Shown piece by piece: positions 47,323 through 56,555 of a DNA stretch of 64,000 bases; the first letter of the stretch is position 1; every line of letters starts with the position of its first letter. The position numbers and the translations under genes are program-made. The notes under the pieces were generated by a model. That model searched no databases. It was not told the DNA's origin and saw only the letters and a list, made by a program, of their open reading frames with translations. Source of the stretch: Candidatus Multivorans sp. GTDB lineage: Bacteria > Acidobacteriota > Thermoanaerobaculia > Multivoradales > Multivoraceae. Where the stretch lies: positions 1,440,001 through 1,504,000 of the forward strand of contig OZ251997.1 of NCBI GenBank assembly GCA_965247095.1, in the 5' to 3' direction.

Positions 47323-48585
47323 GTGACCGCGACCGATCCGGCGAGCGACCCGGCCCCGCGCCCCGCGGCCCCGGTCCAGGCCGGCGAGCGGATCGCCGCC
47401 ATCGACGTCCTGCGCGGCTTCGCCGTGCTGGGCATCCTGGTGATGAACGTGCAGAGCTACTCGATGATCTCGGCGGCGTACCTGAACCCGGCCGCGAACG
47501 ACAAGCTGGCGGGCGCCGGTTTCTCGGTCTGGCTGCTGACCCACGTGTTCGCCGATACCAAGTTCATGTCGATCTTCTCGACGCTGTTCGGCGCCGGCAT
47601 GGCCCTGATGGCCGAGCGGGCCGCCTCCCGCGGCGCCTCGGCCACCGGCATCCACTACCGGCGGCAGTTCTGGCTGCTCCTCCTTGGCCTGGCGCACGCC
47701 CATCTGATCTGGTACGGCGACATCCTGGTGCCGTACGCGCTATGCGGCTTCATTCTCTACAGCCTCCGCAACATGCGGCCGCGGAAGCTGGTGATCGCCG
47801 GGTTCGCCATGACCGCGGTGACCCCGGTTCTCTTCCTGCTGACGGCGCAGTCCCTGCCGAGCATGCCCGCCGACGTACGGGCCGGTCTCGAACTGGGTTG
47901 GGCGCCGGCCGCAGGCGAGGTCGAAGCCGAGATCGCCACCTACCAGTCGGGCTGGCTGACCCAGATGCCGGAGCGCAGCGCCAACGCCATTGGCCTGGAG
48001 ACCACCGTCTTCCTGCTCCTGTTCCTCTGGCGTTCCGGCGGCCTGATGCTGGTCGGCATGGGTCTCTACAAGCTCGGCGTGCTCTCGGCGCAACGCTCGT
48101 CCGCGTTCTACCGGCGCATGGCCGCTGCAGGCCTCGCGCTCGGCCTGCCGATCGTGGCCGCCGGAGTGATCTTCAATACCCGGCACGACTTCGCCTTCGA
48201 GTATTCAATGTTCCAGGGCCAGATGTTCAACTACGTCGGCTCGATCGGCGTCTTCCTCGGCTACCTCGCCATGGTCATGCTCGCGGTCCAGAACGGCTGG
48301 CTTCGCGCCCTGCAGCGGCGGTTTCAGGCGGCGGGCCGGATGGCGCTCTCGAACTACATCAGCCAGAGCGTGATCTGCACCCTGATCTTCTACGGCCATG
48401 GCATCGGCCTGTTCGAGCAGGTCGATCGCCTCGGCCAGACCGCGATCGTCGCCCTGATCTGGGCTCTGCAACTGATCTGGTCGCCCTGGTGGCTGGCCCG
48501 CTTCCGCTTCGGGCCGCTGGAGTGGCTGTGGCGTTCGCTCACCTACATGAAACTCCAACCGATGACCGTGGGCAGACCTGCCTAG
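47323..48585 (+). CDS. DUF418 (YeiB-like) membrane protein
   Basis: IDVLRGFAVLGIL, FSTLFG, GRMALSNY, GPLEWLWR. Confidence 0.9.
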   Translation: MTATDPASDPAPRPAAPVQAGERIAAIDVLRGFAVLGILVMNVQSYSMISAAYLNPAANDKLAGAGFSVWLLTHVFADTKFMSIFSTLFGAGMALMAERAASRGASATGIHYRRQFWLLLLGLAHAHLIWYGDILVPYALCGFILYSLRNMRPRKLVIAGFAMTAVTPVLFLLTAQSLPSMPADVRAGLELGWAPAAGEVEAEIATYQSGWLTQMPERSANAIGLETTVFLLLFLWRSGGLMLVGMGLYKLGVLSAQRSSAFYRRMAAAGLALGLPIVAAGVIFNTRHDFAFEYSMFQGQMFNYVGSIGVFLGYLAMVMLAVQNGWLRALQRRFQAAGRMALSNYISQSVICTLIFYGHGIGLFEQVDRLGQTAIVALIWALQLIWSPWWLARFRFGPLEWLWRSLTYMKLQPMTVGRPA

Positions 48586-48603
48586 CAACTTGCGCGGCAC
48601 AAA

Positions 48604-48635
48604 CTGGGTGCGGCGGCGTCCCCGCCGGCATCCGG
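48604..48635. repeat. Degenerate short REP-like copy (reverse orientation)
   Basis: ctgggtgcggcggcgtccccgccggcatccgg resembles ctgggaacgcgggcatccctgcccgcatccgg at 50883. Confidence 0.45.
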
Positions 48636-48676
48636 TAGTTCTGCCGCGCAAGCAGCCCCACCGAAAGGAGCCCCCA

Positions 48677-49183
48677 ATGAACCGCAAGCTCTCCGTCGCA
48701 ACGTGCATCCTCTTCTTCGCCGTGGCCGCTCTCGCTACCGGCGGCGCCGCCATGGGACAGATCGGCCCCCGGCCCGAACAGATCGAAGAACTCATGAAGG
48801 GACCGGCCGATACGCCGGTCGTCATGGTCAACCTGCTGCGGTTCAAGGAAGCGGCCGACGCGTCCGACGAGGGCCTGAGCGGGGCCGAGGCCTACCAGCG
48901 CTACGGCACCCAGATGATCCAGTGGATCACATCCCAGGGCGGCCGCCTGATCTGGTCGGGCCGGGTCGACTCGTTCGTGATCGGCGACACGGAGGAGCGC
49001 TTCGACGTGGTCGCGCTGGTCGAGTACCCGTCGCGTGCCGAGTTCCTGCGCATCGCCGGCGATCCGCGGGTGGCGGAGTACTCGGTTCACCGCACCGCCG
49101 GTCTGGAAATGCAGTGGCTGATCGCGTCGACGACCGCGGCCTCGCTCAGCACAAGCGCGCCCGACGAGGCGTCGAACGACTGA
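48677..49183 (+). CDS. DUF1330 family protein with signal peptide
   Basis: PVVMVNLLRF, AYQRY, LVEYPSRAEF, HRTAGL. Confidence 0.8.
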   Translation: MNRKLSVATCILFFAVAALATGGAAMGQIGPRPEQIEELMKGPADTPVVMVNLLRFKEAADASDEGLSGAEAYQRYGTQMIQWITSQGGRLIWSGRVDSFVIGDTEERFDVVALVEYPSRAEFLRIAGDPRVAEYSVHRTAGLEMQWLIASTTAASLSTSAPDEASND

Positions 49184-49259
49184 GTTACACTCCCGGCTCG
49201 CGAGCCCGCGACCCGAGTCAACCAACGACGGTTCCCTCAAGGTGAAGGAGATCCCGGAT

Positions 49260-49793
49260 ATGCGTTCGAAGAACCTGGCGCCAGTCCTGGCCGCGGCAGT
49301 GCTTCTCGCTGCCGGCACGACGATCGCCGCGACGCCACTCGCCGCCTCGGAGCACGAGGAACCGGTCGGCAACCTGGCCGAACTGATGCGCGCCATCCTG
49401 TTCCCAAACTCGAACTTCCTGTTCGACGTCCAGACCACGGACCCGGGCGCCCCGCCCGAGGCCGGCAGCGAAGACGACCGCTCCGCATCGTCCCTCTTCT
49501 CCGGCATCTACACCGGCTGGCAGGTGCCGCAGCAGGCGGCGCTCGCCCTGGCCGAGGTCGAGCCGCTGATCATGAATGCCGACCGCAAGTGCGAGAACGG
49601 CAAGCCCGCGCCGGTCGGCAACGAGGACTTCCAGAAGTACGCCAAGCAGTTGACCGCCGTCGCCAAGGAGATCTACGCCGCGGCGCACGAAGAGGATCAG
49701 GAGAAGGTCAGCGACCTGACCAACCAACTCGCGGGCGCCTGCGAGGACTGCCACGCGATCTACCGGAAGTACCAGGACCGCTGCCGCAGGTAG
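49260..49793 (+). CDS. Class II (cytochrome c'-like) monoheme cytochrome
   Basis: Signal peptide, helical body, C-terminal CEDCH. Confidence 0.8.
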   Translation: MRSKNLAPVLAAAVLLAAGTTIAATPLAASEHEEPVGNLAELMRAILFPNSNFLFDVQTTDPGAPPEAGSEDDRSASSLFSGIYTGWQVPQQAALALAEVEPLIMNADRKCENGKPAPVGNEDFQKYAKQLTAVAKEIYAAAHEEDQEKVSDLTNQLAGACEDCHAIYRKYQDRCRR

Positions 49794-49840
49794 GGCCGTG
49801 CCGGCGCCGCCCGGTATGAGCCGAACAGGGTCACCTTCCG

Positions 49841-50371
49841 ATGTTCATCCGCAGCGCCTTCGAGTGGGTCGACGCGCTTCCCAGCAGCGTCGCGCTGCGG
49901 GAATCGCTGAACGCGTACCCGACCCTGCTGACGGCCCACGTCGTCAGCATGTGCCTGTTCGCCGGCCTGATCGCTTTCTGGGACATGCGGCTGGTCGGGC
50001 TGACACTCAAGAAGGTGCCGGTATCGAACATCCCGGCCCGGATCTTCCCGTGGGCGCTGACCGGATACGCGATCAACCTGATCACCGGCGGTCTGCTGCT
50101 CTACAGCCAGCCCATGCGCTACTACAACAACTTCTACTTCTGGGCCAAGATGCTGCTGATGGTGATCGCCGGCATCAACATGTTCTGGTTCCACTACGCC
50201 ACCTACAAGTCGGTTCAGGCTTGGGACCAGGGACGCGATATCCCGTTCAACGCCCGGGTCGCCGGCGTTGTCTCCCTGGTGCTGTGGGCGGCGGTCGTCG
50301 TGACCGGCCGCATGATGGCCTACGCCGGCCTGATGCCAGACTGGTGGGACAACCTGAACATAGGCGCCTGA
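49841..50371 (+). CDS. DUF6644-like 4-TM membrane protein
   Basis: AHVV, DMRLVG, ITGGLL, FWAKM, GRMMAY. Confidence 0.7.
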   Translation: MFIRSAFEWVDALPSSVALRESLNAYPTLLTAHVVSMCLFAGLIAFWDMRLVGLTLKKVPVSNIPARIFPWALTGYAINLITGGLLLYSQPMRYYNNFYFWAKMLLMVIAGINMFWFHYATYKSVQAWDQGRDIPFNARVAGVVSLVLWAAVVVTGRMMAYAGLMPDWWDNLNIGA

Positions 50372-50391
50372 CCGCGGAGGATCGATCAGTG

Positions 50392-50862
50392 ATGCAGTCC
50401 TTCTTCGAGTGGATGCAGGGTCTATCCCTCAGCGCCTGGATGCTGGAGGAGACCTGGGCGTCGCCGATCATCCAATGCGCGCACCTGGTCGCCCTGGTGG
50501 CCTTTGCCGGCGCCGTGCTGCTGGTCGACATCCGGCTGCTCGGTCGCGGCCTGATCAAGACATCGACCGCCCGGCTCGCGCGCGAGGCCGACCGCTGGAT
50601 GATCTGGAGCTTCGTCGCCCTGTTCGTCACCGGCGCGCCGCAGGTCCTGTCCACGGCGCTCAAGCAGTACTACAGCCCGTTCTTCTGGTGGAAGATGCAG
50701 ATCATCGTCATCGGGCTGCTCTTCAACTTCACCATCCGACGCCGCGTCGCGTTCGCCGAAGAAGGAACGCTGGGGCACTGGCCCAAGGTGGTCGGCGCGC
50801 TGTCGATCGGCATCTGGACCAGCGTCTCGGTGTGGGCACGGCTGATCGGCCTGCTGTCCTGA
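50392..50862 (+). CDS. DUF6644-like 4-TM membrane protein, tandem paralog
   Basis: AHLV, DIRLLG, VTG, FWWKM, ARLIG. Confidence 0.7.
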   Translation: MQSFFEWMQGLSLSAWMLEETWASPIIQCAHLVALVAFAGAVLLVDIRLLGRGLIKTSTARLAREADRWMIWSFVALFVTGAPQVLSTALKQYYSPFFWWKMQIIVIGLLFNFTIRRRVAFAEEGTLGHWPKVVGALSIGIWTSVSVWARLIGLLS

Positions 50863-50882
50863 CCAGGCGTTCCACTCCCCAC

Positions 50883-50917
50883 CTGGGAACGCGGGCATCC
50901 CTGCCCGCATCCGGCGC
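50883..50917. repeat. Short REP-like hairpin copy at or within the 5' end of the PQQ GDH-like gene
   Basis: Reverse complement gcgccggatgcgggcagggatgcccgcgttcccag equals the first main hairpin plus tail of the larger element. Confidence 0.65.
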
Positions 50918-50975
50918 AAGTCGCGCAGCGACGAGCGCGGGTTTCTGCTCGGCTTCCAGAGCCGCGGCAACCCTG

Positions 50976-52925
50976 ATGCTCGCTACAGCGCTCTCAAGCC
51001 CGCCCTTGACGGGCCAGACGGGCGCCTCCGGCGACTGGCCGGCCTTCGGCGGCGATCCCGGCAACAGCAAGTACTCGACGCTCGACCAGATCGACCGCGA
51101 CAACTTCCGGGACGTCGAGGTCGTCTGGCGCTGGCGGTCGGTCGCCGCCGACACGGAGGTCCCGAGCACCGTACGGCGGAGCCAGTTCAAGGCGATCCCG
51201 CTCGAGATCGGAGGCCGGATCTTCGTCTCCACTTCTCTCAGCCAGGTCGCCGCCATCGACGCCGAAAGCGGCGAAACGATCTGGACCTACGACCCGGAGA
51301 GCTGGCGTGCCGGCCGTCCCGCGAACCTCGGCTTCCAGCACCGCGGGGTCGCCTACTGGACCGATGGCGAGCGCGAGCGGGTGCTGATTCCCACCCACGA
51401 CCGCCGGCTCGTGTCGCTCGACGCCGCCACCGGCAAGCCCGATCCTGACTTCGGCGACGGCGGCGCGGTCGAGATGACGCCCCATCTCGGGCGCGAGGTG
51501 ATGGAGAGCCGGACCACCCATAGCTCACCGCCCGCGATCTGCGGCAACACGGTGATCGTCGGCTCGATCGTCGCCGATTTCGCAACCCACAAGGAGGCCC
51601 CGCCCGGCTTCGTCCGCGCCTACGACATCCCGACCGGCGAACTCGCCTGGGTGTTCCACACAATTCCCCAGGACGATGAGCTCGGCGTCGAGACCTGGGA
51701 GGAAGAGTCCTGGCGCTACAGCGGCAACACGAACGTCTGGTCGATGATCGCGGTCGACGAGGAAGCGCGAACAGCCTTCCTGCCCATCGGCACGCCGACG
51801 AACGATCTCTACGGCGGCCACCGGCTCGGCGACAATCTGTACGCCGAGAGCATCGTCGCGGTCGACTGCGAGACCGGGGAGCGCCGCTGGCACTACCAGT
51901 TCGTCCACCACGGCCTCTGGGACTACGACCCGCCGACCGCCCCCAACCTGTTCGAGGCGACGGTGGACGGCGAGCGGGTGCGCGGCGTGGTCCAGGTCAC
52001 CAAGCAGGCCTTCGCCTTCGTCTTCGACCGCACGAACGGCAAACCGGTGTGGGAGATCGAGGAACGCGAGGCGCCGCCCAGCGACGTACCGGGCGAGCGC
52101 GCGGCGCCGACCCAGCCGTTCCCTACCAAGCCGGCCGCCTTCGACCGCCAGGGCATCACCGCGGACGACCTGATCGACTGGACTCCGGAACTCCGCGCCG
52201 AGGCGCTCGAGATCGTCGCGGAGTACGACCTGGTGCCGCTCTACACCCCGCCTCGCTACGAGGAAACCGGCAAACCCACGATCCAGTTGCCGTCCGACGG
52301 CGGCGGCGCGAACTGGACCGGGGCCGCCGTCGATCCCGAGACCGGGATCCTCTACGTGGTGTCGCACACCCGTCCCGCCAGCGTCTCCCTGACCAAGCCC
52401 GACCCGAACCGCTCGGACCTGAACTTCGTGCCCGACCGCTGGTACTCGACGGTCCAAGGACCCCGGGGCCTGCCGCTGGTGAAGCCGCCGTACGGGCGGA
52501 TCACGGCGATCGACCTGAACACCGGCGAGCATCTGTGGGTGGTTCCCCACGGCGTCGGCCCGGTGAACCACCCGGCCATCGCCGATCTCGAACTCGGCCG
52601 CCTCGGCAACATCAACCACACGGCGGCGCCCCTGGTGACGCCCACGCTGCTCTTCGTCACCGCGACGAGAGAGCACTCCCGCGATCCCGAAGCGGACGGA
52701 CCCGACATACCGCCCGAGATCAGCGTCTACGACAAGGCGACGGGCGAGTACCTGGGCGGCATCGAGTTGCCGGAGACACCGCACTCGAACGTGATCAGCT
52801 ACGAACACGGCGGCCGGCAGTATCTCGCCGTCGCCACCGGCGGCGGCCGCTTCGCCATCGGCGGCGGCGGTACGCCTCCCGAGCTAGTGACCCTCGCGCT
52901 GCACGTAGGAGATTCCGCGCCATGA
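50976..52925 (+). CDS. PQQ-dependent glucose/quinate dehydrogenase-like quinoprotein (start may be upstream, CTG 50859)
   Basis: WPAFGGD, RGVAYW, PPGFVRAYD, HHGLWDYD, GGANW, KPPYG. Confidence 0.88.
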   Translation: MLATALSSPPLTGQTGASGDWPAFGGDPGNSKYSTLDQIDRDNFRDVEVVWRWRSVAADTEVPSTVRRSQFKAIPLEIGGRIFVSTSLSQVAAIDAESGETIWTYDPESWRAGRPANLGFQHRGVAYWTDGERERVLIPTHDRRLVSLDAATGKPDPDFGDGGAVEMTPHLGREVMESRTTHSSPPAICGNTVIVGSIVADFATHKEAPPGFVRAYDIPTGELAWVFHTIPQDDELGVETWEEESWRYSGNTNVWSMIAVDEEARTAFLPIGTPTNDLYGGHRLGDNLYAESIVAVDCETGERRWHYQFVHHGLWDYDPPTAPNLFEATVDGERVRGVVQVTKQAFAFVFDRTNGKPVWEIEEREAPPSDVPGERAAPTQPFPTKPAAFDRQGITADDLIDWTPELRAEALEIVAEYDLVPLYTPPRYEETGKPTIQLPSDGGGANWTGAAVDPETGILYVVSHTRPASVSLTKPDPNRSDLNFVPDRWYSTVQGPRGLPLVKPPYGRITAIDLNTGEHLWVVPHGVGPVNHPAIADLELGRLGNINHTAAPLVTPTLLFVTATREHSRDPEADGPDIPPEISVYDKATGEYLGGIELPETPHSNVISYEHGGRQYLAVATGGGRFAIGGGGTPPELVTLALHVGDSAP

Positions 52926-55096
52926 GGCCTCTACCCATGCCTATCGTCCCAACCCTCGCCGCCGCGACCGCGGCGTTCCTTCTCGCCGGCGCCGCCGTCT
53001 CTCAGTCGCCGCGCCGCGCGGAGGCCGCCTACGCGGTCGACGACGCGGCCCTGGTCGGCGCCGCCGGCCGCACCAGCGACTGGTTGACCTACGGCGGCAC
53101 CTACAAGGAGCAACGCTACAGCCCGCTCGATCAGATCAACAACGGCAACATAGGCGAGCTCGGCATCTCCTGGGTCATGGAGACGAACACGAAGCGCGGC
53201 CTCGAGGGCACGCCCCTGATCGTCGACGGCGTGATGTACGCAACCGGCGCCTGGAACGTGATCTACGCGCTGGACGCGGTGACCGGCGAACCGCTGTGGA
53301 CCTACGACCCGGAGGTGCCTCGTTCCGTTTCGATGAAGGCCTGCTGCGACGCCGTCGACCGCGGCGCCGCCCTCTACCGGGGCAAGGTGATCTCGGCCAC
53401 GCTCGACGGGCGGCTGATCGCGGTCGACGCCGAGACGGGGGAGCTCGCCTGGTCGGCGATGACCGTGCCCGAGGACTCGATGTACACGATCACCGGCGCG
53501 CCCCGGATCGCCAGGGGCAAGGTGATCATCGGCAACAGCGGCGCCGAGTACGGCGTGCGCGGCTACGTCGACGCCTACGACGCCGAGACCGGCGACCTGG
53601 CCTGGCGCTTCTACACCGTGCCCGGCAACCCGGCCGACGGCTTCGAGAACGACGCGATGCGCATGGCTGCCGAGACCTGGACCGGCGAGTGGTGGACCGG
53701 CGGCGGCGGCGGCACCGTGTGGGACTCGATCGTCTACGACCCAGAACTCGACCTGCTCTACATCGGCGTCGGCAACGGCGCGCCGTGGGACCGGAACCTC
53801 CGCAGTCCAGACGGCGGCGACAACCTGTTCCTGTCGTCGATCGTGGCGCTTCGCCCCGACACCGGCGAGTACGTCTGGCACTACCAGACGACCCCGGGAG
53901 ACTCCTGGGACTACACGGCGACGCAGCCGATCGTGCTCGCCGAACTGCCCATCGGCGGCCGCGTGCGCCAGGTGCTTATGCAGGCGCCGAAGAACGGCTT
54001 CTTCTACGTCCTCGACCGCCGCACCGGCGAGCTGATCTCGGCCGAAGAGTTCGTCACCGTAACCTGGGCCAGCCACGTCGACCTCGCGACCGGACGTCCG
54101 GTCGAGCTCGCCGGCGCCCGCTACACCGACCAGGCCGTCGCCGTCTCGCCCGGACCACTCGGCGGGCACAACTGGCACCCGATGGCGTTCAGCCCGGACA
54201 CTGGACTCGTGTACATCCCGGCGATGGAGATGTCGAACTTCTACGTCCCCGACCCGAACTTCAAGTACACCCCGGGCCAGTGGAACCTGGGCGTGCGGGC
54301 GGCGGCGCCCGAGGACATCCCCCAGGCGGTGATCGACGCCACCGGCCTCTCCGGTCAGATGCTGGCCGAGGACGCGCCGCCGGCCCTGCTCTCCGGACAT
54401 CTCCTGGCCTGGGACCCGGTCGCCCAGCGCGAGGCCTGGCGCGTGCAGTACACGATGCCGTGGTCCGGCGGCACGCTCGCCACCGGCGGCAACCTGGTCT
54501 TCCAGGGCACGCCCTTCGGTCTTCTCACCGCCTACCGCGCCGACGACGGCGAGAAGCTCTGGGAGAGCTACACCGGCAGCGGCGTGATCGCCCCGCCGAT
54601 CACCTTCGAGAGCGGCGGCACCCAGTACATCGCGGTGATGTCCGGCTGGGGCGGCGCCTTCGGCATCGTCGGCAGCCGCTCGGCCCGGCAGGCGGTCGAG
54701 AGCGAGGGCCGCATCGTAGTCTACGCCCTCGGCGCCACCGGCCGACCGATCGAGCGGCAGGAGCGCCGCGAGGTGCGCGTCACCCGCGTCGATCACGGAG
54801 CGTCGACCGGGGACATCGACGCCGGACGGCGGCTGTTCAACCAGTACTGCCTGGTCTGCCACGGCTACGGCGCGGTCTCCGGCGGCGTCACCCCGGATCT
54901 CCGCCAATCGTCGCAGCGCGTCTTCGACTCCTACGAGGCGGCCCTTCTCGAAGGCGCCCTCGTCGACCTCGGCATGCCCGACTTCTCGCCCGTCCTCGAC
55001 CGCGACGACGTTGCGTTGATCAAGGCCTACGTGTTGCACCGCCGCAACATGCTCGCGGACGAGCAGGCCGCCGCGGCGGCTGGCGAGGCGCCCTGA
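52922..55096 (+). CDS. Type II quinohemoprotein alcohol dehydrogenase (PQQ plus C-terminal heme c)
   Basis: ACCDAVDRG, GAEYGVRG, TPGDSWDYTAT, GGHNW, CLVCHG, GMP; ATGA overlap. Confidence 0.92.
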   Translation: MRPLPMPIVPTLAAATAAFLLAGAAVSQSPRRAEAAYAVDDAALVGAAGRTSDWLTYGGTYKEQRYSPLDQINNGNIGELGISWVMETNTKRGLEGTPLIVDGVMYATGAWNVIYALDAVTGEPLWTYDPEVPRSVSMKACCDAVDRGAALYRGKVISATLDGRLIAVDAETGELAWSAMTVPEDSMYTITGAPRIARGKVIIGNSGAEYGVRGYVDAYDAETGDLAWRFYTVPGNPADGFENDAMRMAAETWTGEWWTGGGGGTVWDSIVYDPELDLLYIGVGNGAPWDRNLRSPDGGDNLFLSSIVALRPDTGEYVWHYQTTPGDSWDYTATQPIVLAELPIGGRVRQVLMQAPKNGFFYVLDRRTGELISAEEFVTVTWASHVDLATGRPVELAGARYTDQAVAVSPGPLGGHNWHPMAFSPDTGLVYIPAMEMSNFYVPDPNFKYTPGQWNLGVRAAAPEDIPQAVIDATGLSGQMLAEDAPPALLSGHLLAWDPVAQREAWRVQYTMPWSGGTLATGGNLVFQGTPFGLLTAYRADDGEKLWESYTGSGVIAPPITFESGGTQYIAVMSGWGGAFGIVGSRSARQAVESEGRIVVYALGATGRPIERQERREVRVTRVDHGASTGDIDAGRRLFNQYCLVCHGYGAVSGGVTPDLRQSSQRVFDSYEAALLEGALVDLGMPDFSPVLDRDDVALIKAYVLHRRNMLADEQAAAAAGEAP

Positions 55097-55209
55097 TCCG
55101 GAGCCGTGAGCACGCACCCGCCTGCGGCGGGGCCATAGGGGGAGGGGCCCCAGCGGTCCTTCGCGCTCGGAGGAGGATGGAAGGGGGTGCGCTCACTTCA
55201 CTCCGCTTG

Positions 55210-55215
55210 TATTTT
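55210..55215 (+). promoter_or_regulatory. -10 box (TATTTT) of the IS110 circle-junction promoter
   Basis: Sits 17 bp from TTGACT (56550-56555) once the ends are joined. Confidence 0.7.
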
Positions 55216-55380
55216 GGACTTCCAGTCCGGGGAGGGTGAGATCAGGTTCTTCAAGCAGTCCGCAGCCGCCGGGCCTGTGGAGAACGCGTTGTTTTGCGGA
55301 TTTCGCTTGCATGCGTCGCAGCGAGGGTACGTCGGGCGCCGCAGCGAGTTCAGATTTTCCCCGCCGCTCGCGGGGGATGG

Positions 55381-55554
55381 CCGCCTCGGGGCCTGGCCAG
55401 GCCCCGAGGCGGGCGGCGGGTCGGACCGTTTTCACTCCGTGGGCTTCAGGCCCGGGAGCGAGCTTGGTCGGCCCGTCGCGACCCATCCTGCGCGTCCTGA
55501 ACGGATGCATGGGCTCGAGGCCCGCATAACCAACAAGCGAAGGAGACCCAGGAC
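55381..55554 (+). ncRNA. IS110 bridge RNA (5' hairpin, target-binding loop, donor-binding loop); 5' end uncertain
   Basis: Perfect 32-nt palindrome 55381-55412; target loop gacc..ttcactccgt-gggc/gccc-ggagcgagc..ggtc; donor loop gtcctg..acggatgc-gggc/gccc-acaagc..caggac. Confidence 0.85.
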
Positions 55555-56523
55555 ATGGCCAACCAGAGACTACACGCGGTTGCCGGCATCGATGTAGGCA
55601 AGCACTGGCTCGACGCCCACATCGACCCGCTTGACGTAGCGCGGCGCTTCGAGAACACGCTGCCCGGCCGCCGCGCCCTGCGCAACTGGCTGCGCAGAGA
55701 GGGCGTCCGCCGCGCGGTCTTCGAACCGACCGGCCGCTACCACCGCCGGCTGCACCAGTGTCTGGCCGCGGACGGCTGTGAGACCGTCCTGGTGCAACCG
55801 GCCCGCGCCCGGCGCTTCGCCCAGGCCTTCGGCAAGCTCGCCAAGACGGATCGCGTCGATGCCGCGATGTTGGCCCGGTTCGGGCGCCTGGAAGGCCTGG
55901 AGGCCACGCCGCCAAAAACGGCTAATCTGCGCCAACTCAAGGATCTCGTGCTGATCCGGCGGCGCTTCGTCGACGAGCGCGCCGACCTGGGAAAGCTGGC
56001 GTCGGAGCTCGAATCGAAGGCCGGCCTGCGGCAGGTACGTCTGCAACTGCGCTCGCTCGACACGCGCGTCGAGGCCCTCGATGGGGCCATTCTCGCCGCG
56101 ATCGATGCCGATGAAGAGCTGAAACGCCGCGCCGAAGTGCTGCAGTCGATCCCCGGCATCGGCCCGGCCACGGCAGCCAGCCTGGTCGCCGACATGCCGG
56201 AACTGGGGAGCCTCGACCGGCGTGCCGCCGGTGCCCTGCTCGGAGTAGCCCCCTGGGCCTGCGACAGCGGCCAGCGCCAGGGCCGCCGCCACGTGCGAGG
56301 CGGCCGCGCTGCGCCGAGGCGCGCCATGTTCATAGCCGCCCTGGCGGCGATCCGCTTCAATCCCCCTCTCCGCGACTTCTACCGCAGACTCCGCGAACGC
56401 GGCAAGGAGCACAAGGTCGCCCTCGTCGCCGTCATGAGAAAGCTCGTCGTGCTCGCCAATGTCCTGCTGCAGCAAGACCGCCTCTGGTTGCCCGAACCGC
56501 CCGCGGCGACGACGCCAGCATGA
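55555..56523 (+). CDS. IS110 family DEDD recombinase/transposase
   Basis: GIDVGK, FEPTG, KTDRVDA, SIPGIG, DSG catalytic Ser, MRKL. Confidence 0.95.
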   Translation: MANQRLHAVAGIDVGKHWLDAHIDPLDVARRFENTLPGRRALRNWLRREGVRRAVFEPTGRYHRRLHQCLAADGCETVLVQPARARRFAQAFGKLAKTDRVDAAMLARFGRLEGLEATPPKTANLRQLKDLVLIRRRFVDERADLGKLASELESKAGLRQVRLQLRSLDTRVEALDGAILAAIDADEELKRRAEVLQSIPGIGPATAASLVADMPELGSLDRRAAGALLGVAPWACDSGQRQGRRHVRGGRAAPRRAMFIAALAAIRFNPPLRDFYRRLRERGKEHKVALVAVMRKLVVLANVLLQQDRLWLPEPPAATTPA

Positions 56524-56549
56524 ACCCCCGAATTCACCGGCCACTAACC

Positions 56550-56555
56550 TTGACT
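56550..56555 (+). promoter_or_regulatory. -35 box (TTGACT) in the IS110 right end
   Basis: 15 nt before the element end. Confidence 0.7.

Noticed and set aside
51900-51930. WDYD in the GDH-like quinoprotein as evidence of lanthanide use
   Set aside because: WDxD is the usual motif in the glucose/quinate dehydrogenase branch, so it is not diagnostic there
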